DNA from: Macrostomum lignano
Lineage: Eukaryota
Reading direction: 5' to 3'
DNA length: 64,000 nucleotides
NCBI GenBank assembly: GCA_002269645.1
Contig: NIVC01000347.1
Location: forward strand, 296,039-360,038
Below, piece after piece: positions 24,674 through 46,171 of this stretch. Below the pieces are notes generated by a model. That model was not told the DNA's origin and did no database searches. It saw only the letters and a list, made by a program, of their open reading frames with translations. The position numbers were made by a program, and so were the translations under genes. Positions within the stretch are counted from its first letter, which is position 1. The number at the start of each line of letters is the position of its first letter.

Positions 24674-25479
24674 TATTTCTATTCTTTAGCAGCCCTTTTG
24701 TGCCGTTTTAAGTTCCCAGAAATGTAATAATTCTATCTCATAAGGAAAGAAGTGCTCAGCACTCGCGACAATGGGGCATCAGCAGGCAGGCATGGCTGCA
24801 CTACAACGTAGTCAGATCACTTTGAAGGCACTCTGAAAATTCTAATTGGCCGTGTAGCAGCGAAAAAGACTTCAGCTTCAGACAGACAAAGGACTGCTCG
24901 AGGTGCAAAGGGGAGTTCTTTTATGAATTTTTGAAAGCAACTTTTGAATTTAATGACAGATTTCGATCCGAAACTCCAAGGCTCATTACCCAACTCATTC
25001 TACCTTAAGTCAGTTACTGCACCGTATGCCCTCGTTAATTAAGATAATTAGAAAAAATATTATATGAACCGGAAAACTCTAAGTTGGGTGTTTACAAATT
25101 TCAGAATTTTGTCAAAACTTTCTAGAAGTGCAAACTTTTTTATTAGAAAAATTCTTTAAGCAAGACACTTGATATGAACAAGACAAGACACTTGCTTCAC
25201 TTCACCCAGCTGTAAAATGGGTGCCAGCATTAGCGACCCCCACCCCCAGTCCTTGGACTGAACAGCCGTACGCAGCCTTCAGATGCGCCGCGCAACAGCT
25301 GCGGCTGAGCTGTCGGTTGCACATCTGCGCATTAGGTCAGGTGTAATGAGAATGTGTATGTCTTTTTCAGTATTTCCGTGTTTGCTGGGTGTCAGGAGAG
25401 AGTTAATGAAAGTGCTAGGAGAGGGTCAATGAAAGAAAGAGTCAGAAGAGGGACAATGATAGTGTCAGGAGAGGGTCAA

Positions 25480-25860
25480 TGAGGCTGTCAGGAGAGGGTT
25501 ACTGAAGCTGTCAGGAAAGGGTTACTGAAGCTGTCAGGAGAGGGTTACTGAAGCTGTCAGGAGAGGGTTACTGAGGCTGTCAGGAGAGGGTTACTGAGGC
25601 TGTCAGGAGAGGGTTACTGAGGCTGTCAGGAGAGGGTTACTGAGGCTGTCAGGAGAGGGTTACTGAGGCTGTCAGGAGAGGGTTACTGAGGCTGTCAGGG
25701 AAGGGTTACTGAAGCTGTCAAGAGAGAGGCTGTCAATGAGGCTGTCAAGAGGGTTAATGAGCTGTCAAGAGAGGGTTAATGAGTCTGTCAAGAGGGTTAA
25801 TGAGGCTGTCAAGAGAGGGTTACTGAGGCTGTCAGGAGAGGGTTGTCAATGAGGCTGTCA
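25480..25860. repeat. 23-bp minisatellite (GAGAGGGTTACTGAGGCTGTCAG)n
   Basis: Direct reading. Confidence 0.93.
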
Positions 25861-26451
25861 ATATGTCAAGATGTACCGAATGAAAGGTGTCAGTGCACGT
25901 GTTAGCATAAAAGTTGGCAGTGCATGCTGCACGTTCAATGGGACAATTTCCGTTGCAATAATCAATAATTAGCATCTTTCTGCTAATTTCAAACAGAGGA
26001 AATCGGGACCCGTTCTTGATCTGTTTGGCTCATCCCTCTGTAGGGAATTCATCCCAATCTATTCCAATTTTCTTTCACAAACCCGTGCGTAGCATTTTAA
26101 ATTAAATTTCAGAATTTCATAACAGCTCAGGAAATTGAAAGCAAGTTACACGCAGACTTCACTGACTTAATCAAAAAATAATTGTTGAACTCATTGAAGA
26201 AAGTCGGAGAAAGGTTTTCCGCTTTGCATTATTGCAAATTGGGGAATGATGTAATTAACGGCTACTGAGAGATTTGTCATAAATTTTATCTACAAATGTA
26301 TGATTGACCTTAACATTTCGGCTGTTTAGTAGTCTGTGTGTGGAGCTAGGCTCAACAAAAATTATAAAATATAGTTGCATTTGGTGGCGCTAAAATTAGG
26401 CCGATAAAATTAAAAAGAATCCGCGGAGAATGTCGTCGAAAGAGTTCAGAA

Positions 26452-27015
26452 AGTAGCGCCTAAACTCTGGAAATAGCGCCAAAACTCTGGAAATAGCGCC
26501 AAAACTCTGGAAATAGCGCCAAAACTCTGGAAATAGCGCCAAAACTCTGGAAATAGCGCCAAAACTCTGGAAATAGTGCCAAAAACAATCGGGATAACTG
26601 CTCCAAAAACTCATGGAATGGCGCTCAAAAGAATTCTGAAAATGGCGTCAGAACTAATGGAGAGAATAACGCCAAAAAAAACAATTTAGGGAATAGCACT
26701 AAAACTAATCCAGGAGAATGGCGCCAAACTAATCGAGAGAATGGCGCCAAAAAATCTGGAAAATGGCGCTAGAATTAATCAAGAGAGTGGCGCCAAAGAA
26801 ACAATCGAGAGAATGGCGCCAAAACCAATTGAAAGAATGGCGCGAAAACCAATCAAGAGAATGGCGTCAAAAAAACGAATCGACAGAAAGGCGCCAAAAA
26901 ATCCGGAAAATAGCGTCAAAAAGAGTTTAGAAAATGGCGCAAGTTCAAAATCAGGCGCAAAAATTTCAAGACAATAACGCCAAAAAAATTTCAGAGAATG
27001 GCGCCAAAAAATTCC
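26452..27015. repeat. 20-bp repeat (AAAACTCTGGAAATAGCGCC)n decaying into degenerate GGCGCCAAAA units
   Basis: About 6 perfect units to ~26580, then degenerate. Confidence 0.85.
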
Positions 27016-27594
27016 AGAGAGTTGGCATAACGGCCAGCCCGCAGGTATAAGCAGGTGTGATTGACAGGTCACAGTTTCAGCACCGCAGCAAGTGGAGGAT
27101 AATCCCAGCCCAAGAGCCAGCCGCATCTCACTGATAAAGGGTTGCCCGTCAGGAACTGCATTCAAGGCAGGCAGACGCCCCAGACCCGAACTCTTGGACC
27201 CAGCAGCAATAAGTACACGCGGCAAGGGTACAGGACTGTAACTATATCTATTAATCTTTCTAAATCCCATGGGAAACTGGCAGAGCTGGCATTTCCAGAT
27301 TATTTGTGAGTTCCTGACTCAGCTCTGCTATGCGGACTTCCATAGTGTGGTCAAAACTTCTTATTTCGGGAGATGAAGGGCTGGAGCGGTGTGTCTTCTT
27401 GCAAGCTGCAATTCTCTTTGCAAGCTCAATACGAATTCTTCATCAAAAATTTCATGCGATTTCTGCAGTCTGCGATTGGCTGCCAGAGCCTGGCTTGCGG
27501 GAGAGGAAAAGAAACGGAGCGAATGCAGCTCTGCTCTGCTTGAGTACTTATGCGACTGAAGGTAGGGCTTTCTTCATTCAGAGAGGCGGCAGTA

Positions 27595-27595
27595 G

Positions 27596-27646
<51 letters not shown>

Positions 27647-28530
27647 TCTACAGACTCTCAAACGAACCGGAGTGACAGACTCTCAAACAAATCGGAGTGA
27701 CAGACTCTCAAACAAATCGGAGTGACAGACTCTCAAACAAATCGGAGTGACAGACTCTCAAACAAATCGGAGTGACAGACTCTCAAACAAATCGGAGTGA
27801 CAGACTCTCAAACAAATCGGAGTGACAGACTCTCAAACAAATCGGAGTGACAGACTCTCAAACAAATCGGAGTGACAGACTCTCAAACAAATCGGAGTGA
27901 CAGACTCTCAAACAAATCGGAGTGACAGACTCTCAAACAAATCGGAGTGACAGACTCTCAAACAAATCGGAGTGACAGACTCTCAAACAAATCGGAGTGA
28001 CAGACTCTCAAACAAATCGGAGTGACAGACTCTCAAACAAATCGGAGTGACAGACTCTCAAACAAATCGGAGTGACAGACTCTCAAACAAATCGGAGTGA
28101 CAGACTCTCAAACAAATCGGAGTGACAGACTCTCAAACAAATCGGAGTGACAGACTCTCAAACAAATCGGAGTGACAGACTCTCAAACAAATCGGAGTGA
28201 CAGATTCTCAAACAAATCGGAGTGACAGACTCTCAAACAAATCGGAGTGACAGACTCTCAAACGAACCGGAGTGACAGACTCTCAAACAAATCGGAGTGA
28301 CAGACTCTTAAACGAACCGGAGTGACAGACTCTCAAAAAAATCGGAGTGACAGACTCTCAAACAAATCGGAGTGACAGACTCTCAAACAAATCGGAGTGA
28401 CAGACTCTCAAACAAATCGGAGTGACAGACTCTCAAACAAATCGGAGTGACAGACTCTCAAACAAATCGGAGTGACAGACTCTCAAACGAATCGGAGTGT
28501 CAGACTCTTAAAAGAGATCGGAGTGACAGA
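27595..28530. repeat. (CAGA)n followed by 25-bp minisatellite (CAGACTCTCAAACAAATCGGAGTGA)n
   Basis: About 35 near-identical units ending about 15 bp before the GPCR ATG. Confidence 0.96.
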
Positions 28531-28544
28531 CACCCAATCAGATC

Positions 28545-35726
<7,182 letters not shown>

Positions 35727-36164
35727 GCCGCTCAAACAAGAGGTTGCCAAATGACTGCTTGGGCAGAAGATTAATTAAAGCACTTTGCACTTTATTTATG
35801 GTCCCTGCTGCGGATCATTTCTGAGAAAACCCAGTGCAGCGTACTTTAAAGTACTGTATGTACTTTGAGATCTGCAGCTTCAGTTGGACTCGGGATTTTT
35901 TAGGGTGGGTTCATGGGGGTCAGACGACCCCTTTGACTCCCTTGGATTCGCCAGTGCACAAGATAATTTTTTTCGCTTGTTATCGCTCCAAACAGATAGA
36001 TGTTCCTCATACAACTTTTTATAGTGGTTAACGGGATTAAGTTTGCTTTGTACATGCAAAAGTAGTGGATGTCCTGTGATCTGGGAACAGAGATTACTGA
36101 CCGGATCCGAAATTTAATGCACAGATCTGAGAGTGAGAGAGTGTTATTGGTAATTTAAGGGAGA

Positions 36165-36530
36165 GATGTCATGAAGAGATCGCATGGAGAGATCTCACAA
36201 AGAGATCTCAAGAAGAGATTTCAAAAAGGGACTCAAGGAAAGATCTCATTTGGAGATCTCAAGTCTCATTAAGAGATCTCAAGTAAAGGGTCTCAAGAAG
36301 AGATCTCAAGTAGAGATCTCATGACAAGATCTCATGGAGCGATCTCAAGGAGAGATCTCATGGAGAGATCTTAAAAACAGATATTCAGAAGAGATCACAA
36401 GCAGAGATCTTACAATAATTGTTAGGCTTCTCAAGGATAGATCTCGGGTAAAGATCTCATCAAGGGATCTTACGGAAGAGATTAGTGGAAAAGATCTCAA
36501 GATGAAATCTCATGGAGAAAGATTTCTAGA
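36165..36530. repeat. Degenerate short repeat built on the palindrome (G)AGATCT(C)
   Basis: Many AGAGATCTCA-like units. Confidence 0.75.
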
Positions 36531-37039
36531 AAAATCTTATAGAGACATCTCTAGGAGGGATTTTAGAGCGAGAGAAATTAACTATATAGATGCGAGACGA
36601 AGTAAACAGTTGTCTAGACTATCACGTACGTTACATGAATCCTCCTAGCAACTATTTTTAATAGGTAATTAACTCTCATTGTATCTGAATCGAAAAAGAA
36701 AACTAGTTTGTCGTACTTGTCCTGCTTTTCTGTTTCCTGAACCACAGTGTCAGCAGCTGTTAATTTCGACCAAATTTTATGTAATTGCTAACTGTAATGT
36801 GAAAACTGCTAACAAAAGCACTCGTAGATGCTGTTGAAATGCTGTAAAACTGGCTGTAAAACCTTTATTCCGACACTAATGGCTGCTATAAATGTAAAAT
36901 ACGCTACATTTATCAAATACACAGTTGAATTTAAACAATTGAACAGTAAAATTGAAGAGACGTGCTTTGCATTGCAACCTTTATACAGACTTATTAGCTT
37001 ATTGGTGTCCATAAATTAATTGCTTATAATAAATAAGCA

Positions 37040-38116
<1,077 letters not shown>

Positions 38117-38506
38117 TAGATAGGGTGATTAATCAGATAGTAGATAGGGTGATTGGCCGCAGCCAATCAAGCTGAAAGCACGCACACAAGATCACCGGAA
38201 ACGATTAAGGCAGCTGGAAAGCCAATGGGCGCGGTAAGCGCTTTTATCCAGAGGAACTACCTGCTGGAACCAGCCATGCCGAACGAAAATCAGACTACTC
38301 AAGTAGTGCAAAAGAGTACGTGCAACTACCGAGAAATCTAATTTTCGTAACCGCTCCGGTGCAGGTCCTGGCTATAGATAGTAGATAGCGAGAAAGAGCG
38401 AGCGAAGCGAGCTCTTTCGAGCTTGCTTGCCGCAGCCAATCAAGCTGAAAGCACGCACACAAGATCACCGGAAACGATTAAGGCAGCTGGAAAGCCAATG
38501 GGCGCG

Positions 38507-38598
<92 letters not shown>

Positions 38599-38845
38599 CA
38601 GTCTGAAAATGTCCCAGTCTCCTAGAAGCAGGAAGAGAACGGAAAAGAGCAGCAAAGGCAAGTCCGCGGTTGGTCTAGCGAGTTTCCGTAGAAAAGGAAA
38701 TCGGATTGACGCGAACAAAGCATCTAGAGTCCATATCCATCTGGTAAAACAAGAACTCTCGTGTTTCTCAGTGCAGATTTCTTGGACCCTTGCTAGTGGG
38801 TATTTTTGGTTTCACTGTGACGCAAAAGTAACACGAGCTGCTCAC
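38599..38845 (-). mobile_element. Dispersed ~250-bp repeat, copy 2, directly followed (minus sense) by (TCTA)n
   Basis: Homologous to 28932-29184 in inverted orientation. Confidence 0.75.
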
Positions 38846-39044
38846 AGAGGCGCGTGCCCTGCTAGGAGCACGAGCTTATTATGCTCAATTTTCCAGTCCT
38901 AGAAGAGATCGTCTGATTAATCACCTGGCTGCTCTAAGCTGATAAGGTGTCGCCTCTAAGTAGAACATTCAGATCAAATAGAAGTGCAAACTCTTTTCTT
39001 GGGAAGAAACTTCTCTTGCTAGCTCGTAGTAAAGAGAGGTTGTT

Positions 39045-39990
39045 CCTGTTAGATAGAGGTTATTAATCTTAGATGTTGTTCCTGTTAGATAGAGGTTATT
39101 AATCTTAGATGTTGTTCCTGTTAGATAGAGGTTATTAATCTTAGATGTTGTTCCTGTTAGATAGAGGTTATTAATCTTAGATGTTGTTCCTGTTAGATAG
39201 TTATTAATGTTAGATTTTGTTCCTGTTAGATAAGAGGTTATTACTGTTAGATGTATTTCCTGTTAGATAGAGGTTGTTACTGTTAGACAGATGTTGTTAC
39301 TGTTAGACAGAGGCTGTTAATGTTAGACAGATTTTGTTCCTGTTAGATAGAGGTTATTACTGTTAGATGTTGTTTCTGTTAAACAGATGTTGTTTCTGTT
39401 AGACAGATGTTGTTTCTGTTAAACAGATGTTGTTTCTGTTAGACAGATGTTGTTACTGTTAGACAGATGTTGTTACTGTTAGACATGTTGTTTCTGTTAG
39501 ACAGATGTTGTTACTGTTAGACAGATGTTTTTTCTGTTAAACAGATGTTGTTACTGTTAGACAGATGTTGTTACTGTTAGACAGATGTTGTTACTGTTAG
39601 ACAGATGTTGTTACTGTTAGACAGATGTTGTTACTGTTAGACAGATGTTGTTACTGTTAGACAGATGTTGTTACTGTTAGACAGATGTTGTTACTGTTAG
39701 ACAGATGTTGTTTCTGTTAGACAGATGTTGTTAATTTAGACAGATGTTGTTACTGTTAGACATGTTGTTACTGTTAGACAGATGTTGTTGCTGTTAGACA
39801 GATGTTGTTACTGTTAGACAGATGTTGTTGCTGTTAGACAGATGTTGTTACTGTTAGACAGATGTTGTTGCTGTTAGACAGATGTTGTTACTGTTAGACA
39901 TGTTGTTTCTGTTAGACAGATGTTGTTACTGTTAGACAGATGTTGTTACTGTTAGGCAGAGGTGGTTACTGATAGACAGCGGTTGTTACT
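39045..39990. repeat. 20-bp minisatellite (GTTAGACAGATGTTGTTACT)n
   Basis: Direct reading. Confidence 0.95.
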
Positions 39991-41098
39991 GGTTCTGTTT
40001 GTTATCTAAAACGAAAAAGGAAAAAACCCGAAAGCAAAAGAAAGTACAAACTACACGGCTTGGCTAGTGGAAGAAACTTCAAGAATATTTTAGCAGAAAT
40101 ACGAATACTAAGTGAGTTTTACAATTCCCGACATGCACGGCACAAGCAAACGCAATGGCTCAATATTTACTTATACTCAACTGCAAGGACAGAAAATATT
40201 TCCTACCTTGGTTATAGTGATATTCCTTAGACGGCAGCCGAATAGGACCTTGGACAAGAGTCTGATTAGACATGGGACAGCTGAGATGATGAACCGCTTG
40301 TTATTCTGCAGGGGGGAGAATTATGACATGTCTGGAACGGAGAGTGGACAGGGCTCGCTAATTACCCTCTGAAAATTTTTCAATAACCTTAGCCTGGGTG
40401 TGAGTAATTAGACAACGCCCTTTGCGAAGTGTCTTTTTACATTCTGGGCGATGAACCCTATCAGTTGACATGTAAACAAAAACGTGGCATTAAAAATAAT
40501 AGGCGGAATATGCGATGATAACATCGTGACATTTTTGTGCATTTAGTTTTAAGAAGAATGTCCTTTTATTACTACTGAATTACAAGTACAATTGGAAAAT
40601 TCGCGTAAGTAGATATTGAAATTTTGTAAATTTTAAAAGTAGAGTGTACATGTCTGACAAGGCAATTAAAGTCAGGCCCGCCGTACACCTTGTGTGAGTT
40701 GTGTGTATGAATAGGTGCTTGCGTACAGTGAGTCAGTGGAATGGGCGTGTCTCGGAACGAGCGCCAGGGTGCCTGCCCGCAGCCCTCCTGTACATTAATT
40801 TGGCAGGCTTCTGGGGCTGGGGGGTTAGGGATAGGGGTGACGAAGAATGTACATTATCTCTCTCCAGTTCAGTGGGGTGTTGGGTCAACGCTGCGGCCAA
40901 TCAGCGCGCAGGAAGTTGAATCAATTTATTACCCCCCCACCACCCCATGCACCCCAGAGCTTGTCATGAAATGAAGTGAAACTCTCAATTCACTAAAAAG
41001 GCTTTGAACTTTGCTAATAAAACTGTGGGGCAGGTAACAGTAACTTAAACAGTAGCCACTAGACATTGGATAATAGAACTCAGCACCAGCTAGGAGCA

Positions 41099-42497
41099 AT
41101 GAACTCGCAGCTGCATCAGGATCAGCAGAACGTTGTTGGGCCTCTTCAACACGGCGGCGCCGCCACATTTCAAGCCGCTGTGGTGAGTTTTCGCATCGTT
41201 TCGCAACTACCTTTTTAAATGAGCAAACCGATCGTGAATGCTTGACTGGAGTTGTTCATTACGGAAGATTATATTTGAGTCTTTTTCCTTATTTAATAAC
41301 TGACTACACCATTACCTCAGATTGCATTCTTTGGACAATATCAATTAGAACTCACGATTTTTATCCCACTATCCAAATCCTGCAACCCAAATCCCATACT
41401 CAAAATCCATTATCTAGATCTCATTATCCAGATCAAATTATCCAGATCCCATTATCCAGATCCCATTATCCAGATCCCATTATCCAGATCCCATTATCCA
41501 GATCCCATTATCCAGAAACCCTTTTTTATCCAAGTCCCATAACGCTATTATGTAGATCCCATATCCTAATTCCTATCTAAATCCAATTATCGAGATCCCA
41601 TTTTAAAAATCGAAATCCTATTATCCAGATCCCATTATCCATGTTCAATATAAAAATCGATCACACACCTCCCATCCCCAGTTCGACCGGGTAGCCGCCT
41701 CGGCCACCCTCCGTAGGAGCCGTCAGCCGAGCCGCCTACCCGAGGAGCTGCAGAGCCGCCACCGAGCATTCAGCACCCTGCAGAGTCTTGTTGGAGTCAT
41801 CCTCGCCCTTCTAGGCTTCGTAGCCCTTGCTTGGGGCCAGTCAGCCTCGCCGTTGGGCGTCGCTGTTGGAGTCTGGGCTGGCCCAGGATTTCTATTCGCC
41901 GGTCAACTCGGTTGCCAGGCGGGTCGCAGCGGCAACGGTGGTCGGTCGAGACGTGCCGCCCTGCGCTGGTCGCTGTCGAGTTTGGGCGCCTGTTTTGCCT
42001 CGTTCAGCATCGGCATAGCGGCTGTCGTGGTGCGAGCCCAGCGCATCTCCCTGCCACCGGCTCCCGTGGCCGTGTCCGACTGCGTTAATCTCAGCTTGGT
42101 CTGTTTCGGCCTGTGCATGTCCATTGCTCAGGCTGCTTTCGCCTACCTGTCTGTCTGGCACTGCTACTGGAACTGTTATTGCGAGGTTGCGAAGACGTCT
42201 AGCCATCAGCAGCAAGCCAGCCTGCCTGTGGCTGCTCAGCAGACGTGCTCCAAATGTCTCAAGCAGCAGCAAGAGCATCAACAACAGCGAACATCCTGGA
42301 CAACGGACGATCTGCAGGACAGACGAATAACTCCACCGCCAAGTTATGAGGAGTGGCGCTCCATGACTCTGGGCCCGGGGTGCGCCGGCAGTGACAGTGC
42401 GTCAGTGCACAGCTCTCCGGAATGCCGCTCGATGATCGTGCCAGGAGAGAAGCCGAGAGGTCGAAAGAAGAATCTTCGAGTTCACTGGGAGCTGTGA
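41099..42497 (+). CDS. CD20/MS4A-like four-transmembrane protein with C-terminal PPxY (~299 aa)
   Basis: Exons 41099-41182 (ATG..GTG|GTGAGT) and 41682-42497 with a phase-0 intron. Four hydrophobic segments; GVWAG in TM2 resembles the MS4A GxW.G motif; PPPSY in the tail. A CCAAT box lies near 40895. The family call is tentative. Confidence 0.72.
41390..41640. repeat. 14-bp repeat (ATCCAGATCCCATT)n in intron
   Basis: Direct reading. Confidence 0.85.
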
Positions 42498-43350
42498 TTG
42501 GCCCGCTATCTTCTATTTGATTTGTTTTTTTAAGCTTCCATTTTTTAATTCGGTTAAGGTTGTCCCAAGTTTTAGTCAACGTTTCTCTTTGTTTTATTAT
42601 GCGGTGGTTACACTTGTAAATTTAAACCATAATGGTTTTTTATTGCACGTGTTTCAATTTTACTACTCACGCTCCAGATCTCAGTAGTATGATTAGGGTA
42701 ATTGACTTTATTTTGATTTGCTATGCTTTCGTCATTATATAAATAGTTCTACAAGGCTTATTTCAGACGAAAATCAAGTTTTTAAACATAATTTTGTTTG
42801 AAGAGTTTATTTAATAATTTGAGCCCTCGTCCGACGTTTCCAAGAAACCTGAAAAATAAACTATCGGGCATGAGCAAAACAAAACTTGAATTGCTCTCGC
42901 GTTACATCAACAGAACTTGGTTCACTTCAAATCAGAACTCGGAGCGTTTCATTTTGGTTGTTATTGACGGCAAGTAAAACAAACTTGCAGGCCTTACGCC
43001 CAGAAGCAAGCGCAAGGCACCTGTCTCTCAGAAATACTAAAGCTATATAATCTTCATCTCGGCCGCCAGCTCACTGCAAACAAATTTCTGCCTTGGACAA
43101 ACATTAACGGCATAAAGTTGTGTCCAGAGCAAACAGAGAGCCTCCGACAGAGATTGAACTGCCTCTGCTGCTGGAGAGCTCTCTTCTAGAAGAGAAAGCA
43201 AAAAAGAGAGCAGCAACTAGGAATTGCTTGGATCCAGAAGGCTTGGCATCAAGTTGCTCCGGCTGAGTTAGTCCTGCCTCCCTGTTTCCTGACAGCAATC
43301 GATCTCTTGCCCCTCTGACAGAAGACCTTCAGGCAAGTCACATAGCAGTT

Positions 43351-46062
43351 ATGAGGTAAATCTTTGCTTCAGATCATTCTCTGATTTTTATGTTCAAATT
43401 AGCTTTTTCATTAACCTTTAGATTTATATATTACGGCAAGGTCAATGAGAGACAAATCTGAAAGCGTTTAATAGAGTGACTATAGTCATAGATTAGTCAA
43501 TTAGTGTCAGAAGCTAGTCACAAAAGCAATAATAGACTCTAGTTAATGGCTTTAATGACTGAATTTAAAGTAGCTCAACCTTTCTGTCTGTCTATTATGT
43601 CTATGACTATCCTGATTAGCTTCTGACATTAATGACTATTGTAACTGACTTCTGACACTAATTAACAGGATATGACTATAGAGACTAGCTTCCGACACTA
43701 AATGACTAGCTTCTGACACCAATGACTTGCTTCTGACACTAACTGACTAGTCTGTGACGATTGTGACTAGTCTATGACGATTTTGACTAGTCTATGACGA
43801 TTGTGACTAGTCTATGACGATCGTGACTAGTCTATGAATATGGTGACTAGCTTCTGACAGTAATGACTAGCTTCTAACTCTAATGATTACCTTCCGACAC
43901 TAATGGTTACCTTCTTAACAATAATGACTAACTTCCGACACAAATTACTACCTTCCTAACACTAATGACTACCTTCCTAACACTAATGACTAGCTTCCTA
44001 CGCTCGTAACACTAATGACTAGCTTCCGACACTAATGACTAGCATCCGACACTAATGACTAGCTTCTGACACTAATGACTAGCTTCCGACACTAATGAAT
44101 AGCTTAATGACTAGCTTCCGACACTAATGACTAGCTTCCGACACTAATGACTAGCTTCCGACACTAATGACTAGCTTCCGACACTAATGACTAGCTTCTG
44201 ACACTAATGACTAGCTTCCGACACTAATGACTAGCTTCTGACACTAATGACTAGCTTCCGACACTAATGACTAGCTTCCGACACAAATTACTACCTTCCT
44301 AACACTACTGACTACCTTCCTAACACTAATGACTACCTTCCTAACACTAATGCCTACCTTCCTAACACTAATGACTACCTTCCTAACACTAATGCCTACC
44401 TTCCTAACACTAATGCCTACCTTCCTAACACTAATGCCTACCTTCCTAACACTAATGCCTACCTTCTGACACTAATGACTAGCTTCCGACACTAATGACT
44501 AGCTTCCGACAGTAATGACTAGCTTCCGACACTACTAATGACTAGCTTCTGACACTAACTGACTAGTCTATGACGATCGTGACTAGCTTCTGACAGTAAA
44601 TGACTAGCTTCTGAAGCCAATTACTAGCTTCTGACACTAATGAGTAGTCTATAACGATTGCCCCCACTGGCCGACCTCCGCAGCGAGCTCAAGCACGTCC
44701 GCGACCCAGTCACTGGCCGCTGCGTGGCCTGCGAAGCGCTGAACAAGAGCGGCGGCCTCGACTTGGCCTACCACCCAGACTACGGCCTTAACACCGGCTC
44801 GGGTCTCATGGTGCAGCAGAATCAGAACCGACCGACAACGCCAGTAATTTTCGACCCCTCAGATCCCAACTATATCAGAGCTATTCGCCGCGGCAGTGTT
44901 GCCTTATCCAAGGGCCAGGGAGTGTACACCCACGGAGCCAATCCGCAGCAGTTCGATCAACCGTCGCCAACGCTGATGAAGCGCCAGTCGCAGCCGCAGA
45001 TTCTTCTGTTGGACACCCAGTCGGCGCCGCAGCAGCAGCCGAACTACCGGTTCGTTCAACCATCGCCAAGCGGCAGCAACAACAAAGTTGTGCTGTGGCA
45101 GCAGGCCGCCTCTGGCAGGGTGGAGCCGCAGCCGCAGTACTCCATGGCCACCGTGGCTGGCGCGGCCATGAAGCAGCCGAGACCGCCACCGCCGCAGACG
45201 GTCTGGGTGCAGCCGTCGGGTGGCGGAGGTGCCAACCTGCACGGCGCCAACTTCTACCCGGGTTAGAGAGTACAGCCTGTACTTTGGTTTGTAGAATAGA
45301 GCAGATCATTGGGGGACTGACTAATCTGGGAGGCTGGCCCAGCAACTGAGGATCTGGGAGGCTGGCCCAGCAACTGAGGATCTGGGAGGCTGGCCCAGCA
45401 ACTGAGGATCTGGGAGGCTGACCCAGCAACTGAGGATCTGGGAGGTTTAACCTATGCTTATTCAAATCGTCAGATGGTTGCTACAACACAGACATCACAG
45501 TTCCACAAAATTTCTCCGATTTCTAGGCTACGGCGGAGGTCGCGGCGGCGGTCCCGGAGGCGGCGGCCGTAGCGGCTGCTGCAGCGGGTGCAAGCTGTGC
45601 TGCCTGAGCTGCTGCCCATCCTGCCGAGGCAAAAACCCGGGCGGCCGCGGAGGCGGCGGCGTGGAGTCGGGACCGAAGCGGCCCTACTGGAGCTACGAAG
45701 ACGGCGACTCGCGCGGCCGCTGCTGCAAAGGCTGGCTGATCGCCATCTGCGCGCTGCTCATCCTGGCTGCCATCATCGCGGCCATCGTGGCGCCGCTGCT
45801 CAGCTTGGAGGCCGCCGCGCAGACGGTGCCGCTGAACCGTCGCTACCTGCTGGTGAACAATGACACCCTGTGCCAGCAGCAGGCCAAGAATGGCGGCACC
45901 ACTCTGGCCGGTTGCGCCTACACCAAAGCCGCTGAACTCGTTGTGGACTCCACATTTACCAACCCGCCAGTGGTCTACTCGGCTGCTGAGCCGGCGCTCG
46001 GGTTTTCCATTGTCTCCGCTGGCTGCTCGTTTGTTGTCGTTGCTATGGTAACCATCAATTGA
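43351..46062 (+). CDS. Uncharacterised single-pass (type II-like) membrane protein (~372 aa): Pro/Gln-rich N-terminus, Gly/Cys cluster, one TM helix
   Basis: Exons 43351-43355 (ATGAG|GTAAAT), 44684-45261 and 45527-46062 with phase-2 and phase-1 GT-AG introns in frame. GC-rich codon usage; TM WLIAICALLILAAIIAAIVAPLL preceded by CCSGCKLCCLSCCPSC and RCCK. The 3' end is uncertain (possible donor near 46048). Confidence 0.72.
43490..44650. repeat. 20-bp minisatellite (GACACTAATGACTAGCTTCC)n
   Basis: Fills intron 1 of the orphan membrane-protein gene. Confidence 0.95.
45322..45447. repeat. 28-bp tandem repeat x~4.5 in intron
   Basis: (CTGGGAGGCTGGCCCAGCAACTGAGGAT)n. Confidence 0.92.
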
Positions 46063-46171
46063 GAAGCAAACTTTTGAAAAACAGTCGCTGTGTGTGTGTT
46101 GCTTACTTGGTCAAAGTTGGTCAGTGTTGCTTACTTGGTACTTTTTAAGTACTTTTATATTATTCAGGGCG

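Noticed and set aside
25195-25260. SINE-core-like motif CACCCAGCTGTAAAATGGGTGCC
   Set aside because: Too short, with no head, tail or TSD identifiable.
27640-28530. Regular 25-bp (and 72-bp, 24-bp) arrays as CRISPR-like loci
   Set aside because: Units are head-to-tail with no unique spacers, no cas genes are present, and the context is eukaryotic.
35880-35985. Degenerate MITE-like segment (CAGTTGGACTC..GGATTCGCCAGTG)
   Set aside because: The TIR match is poor and there is no TSD.
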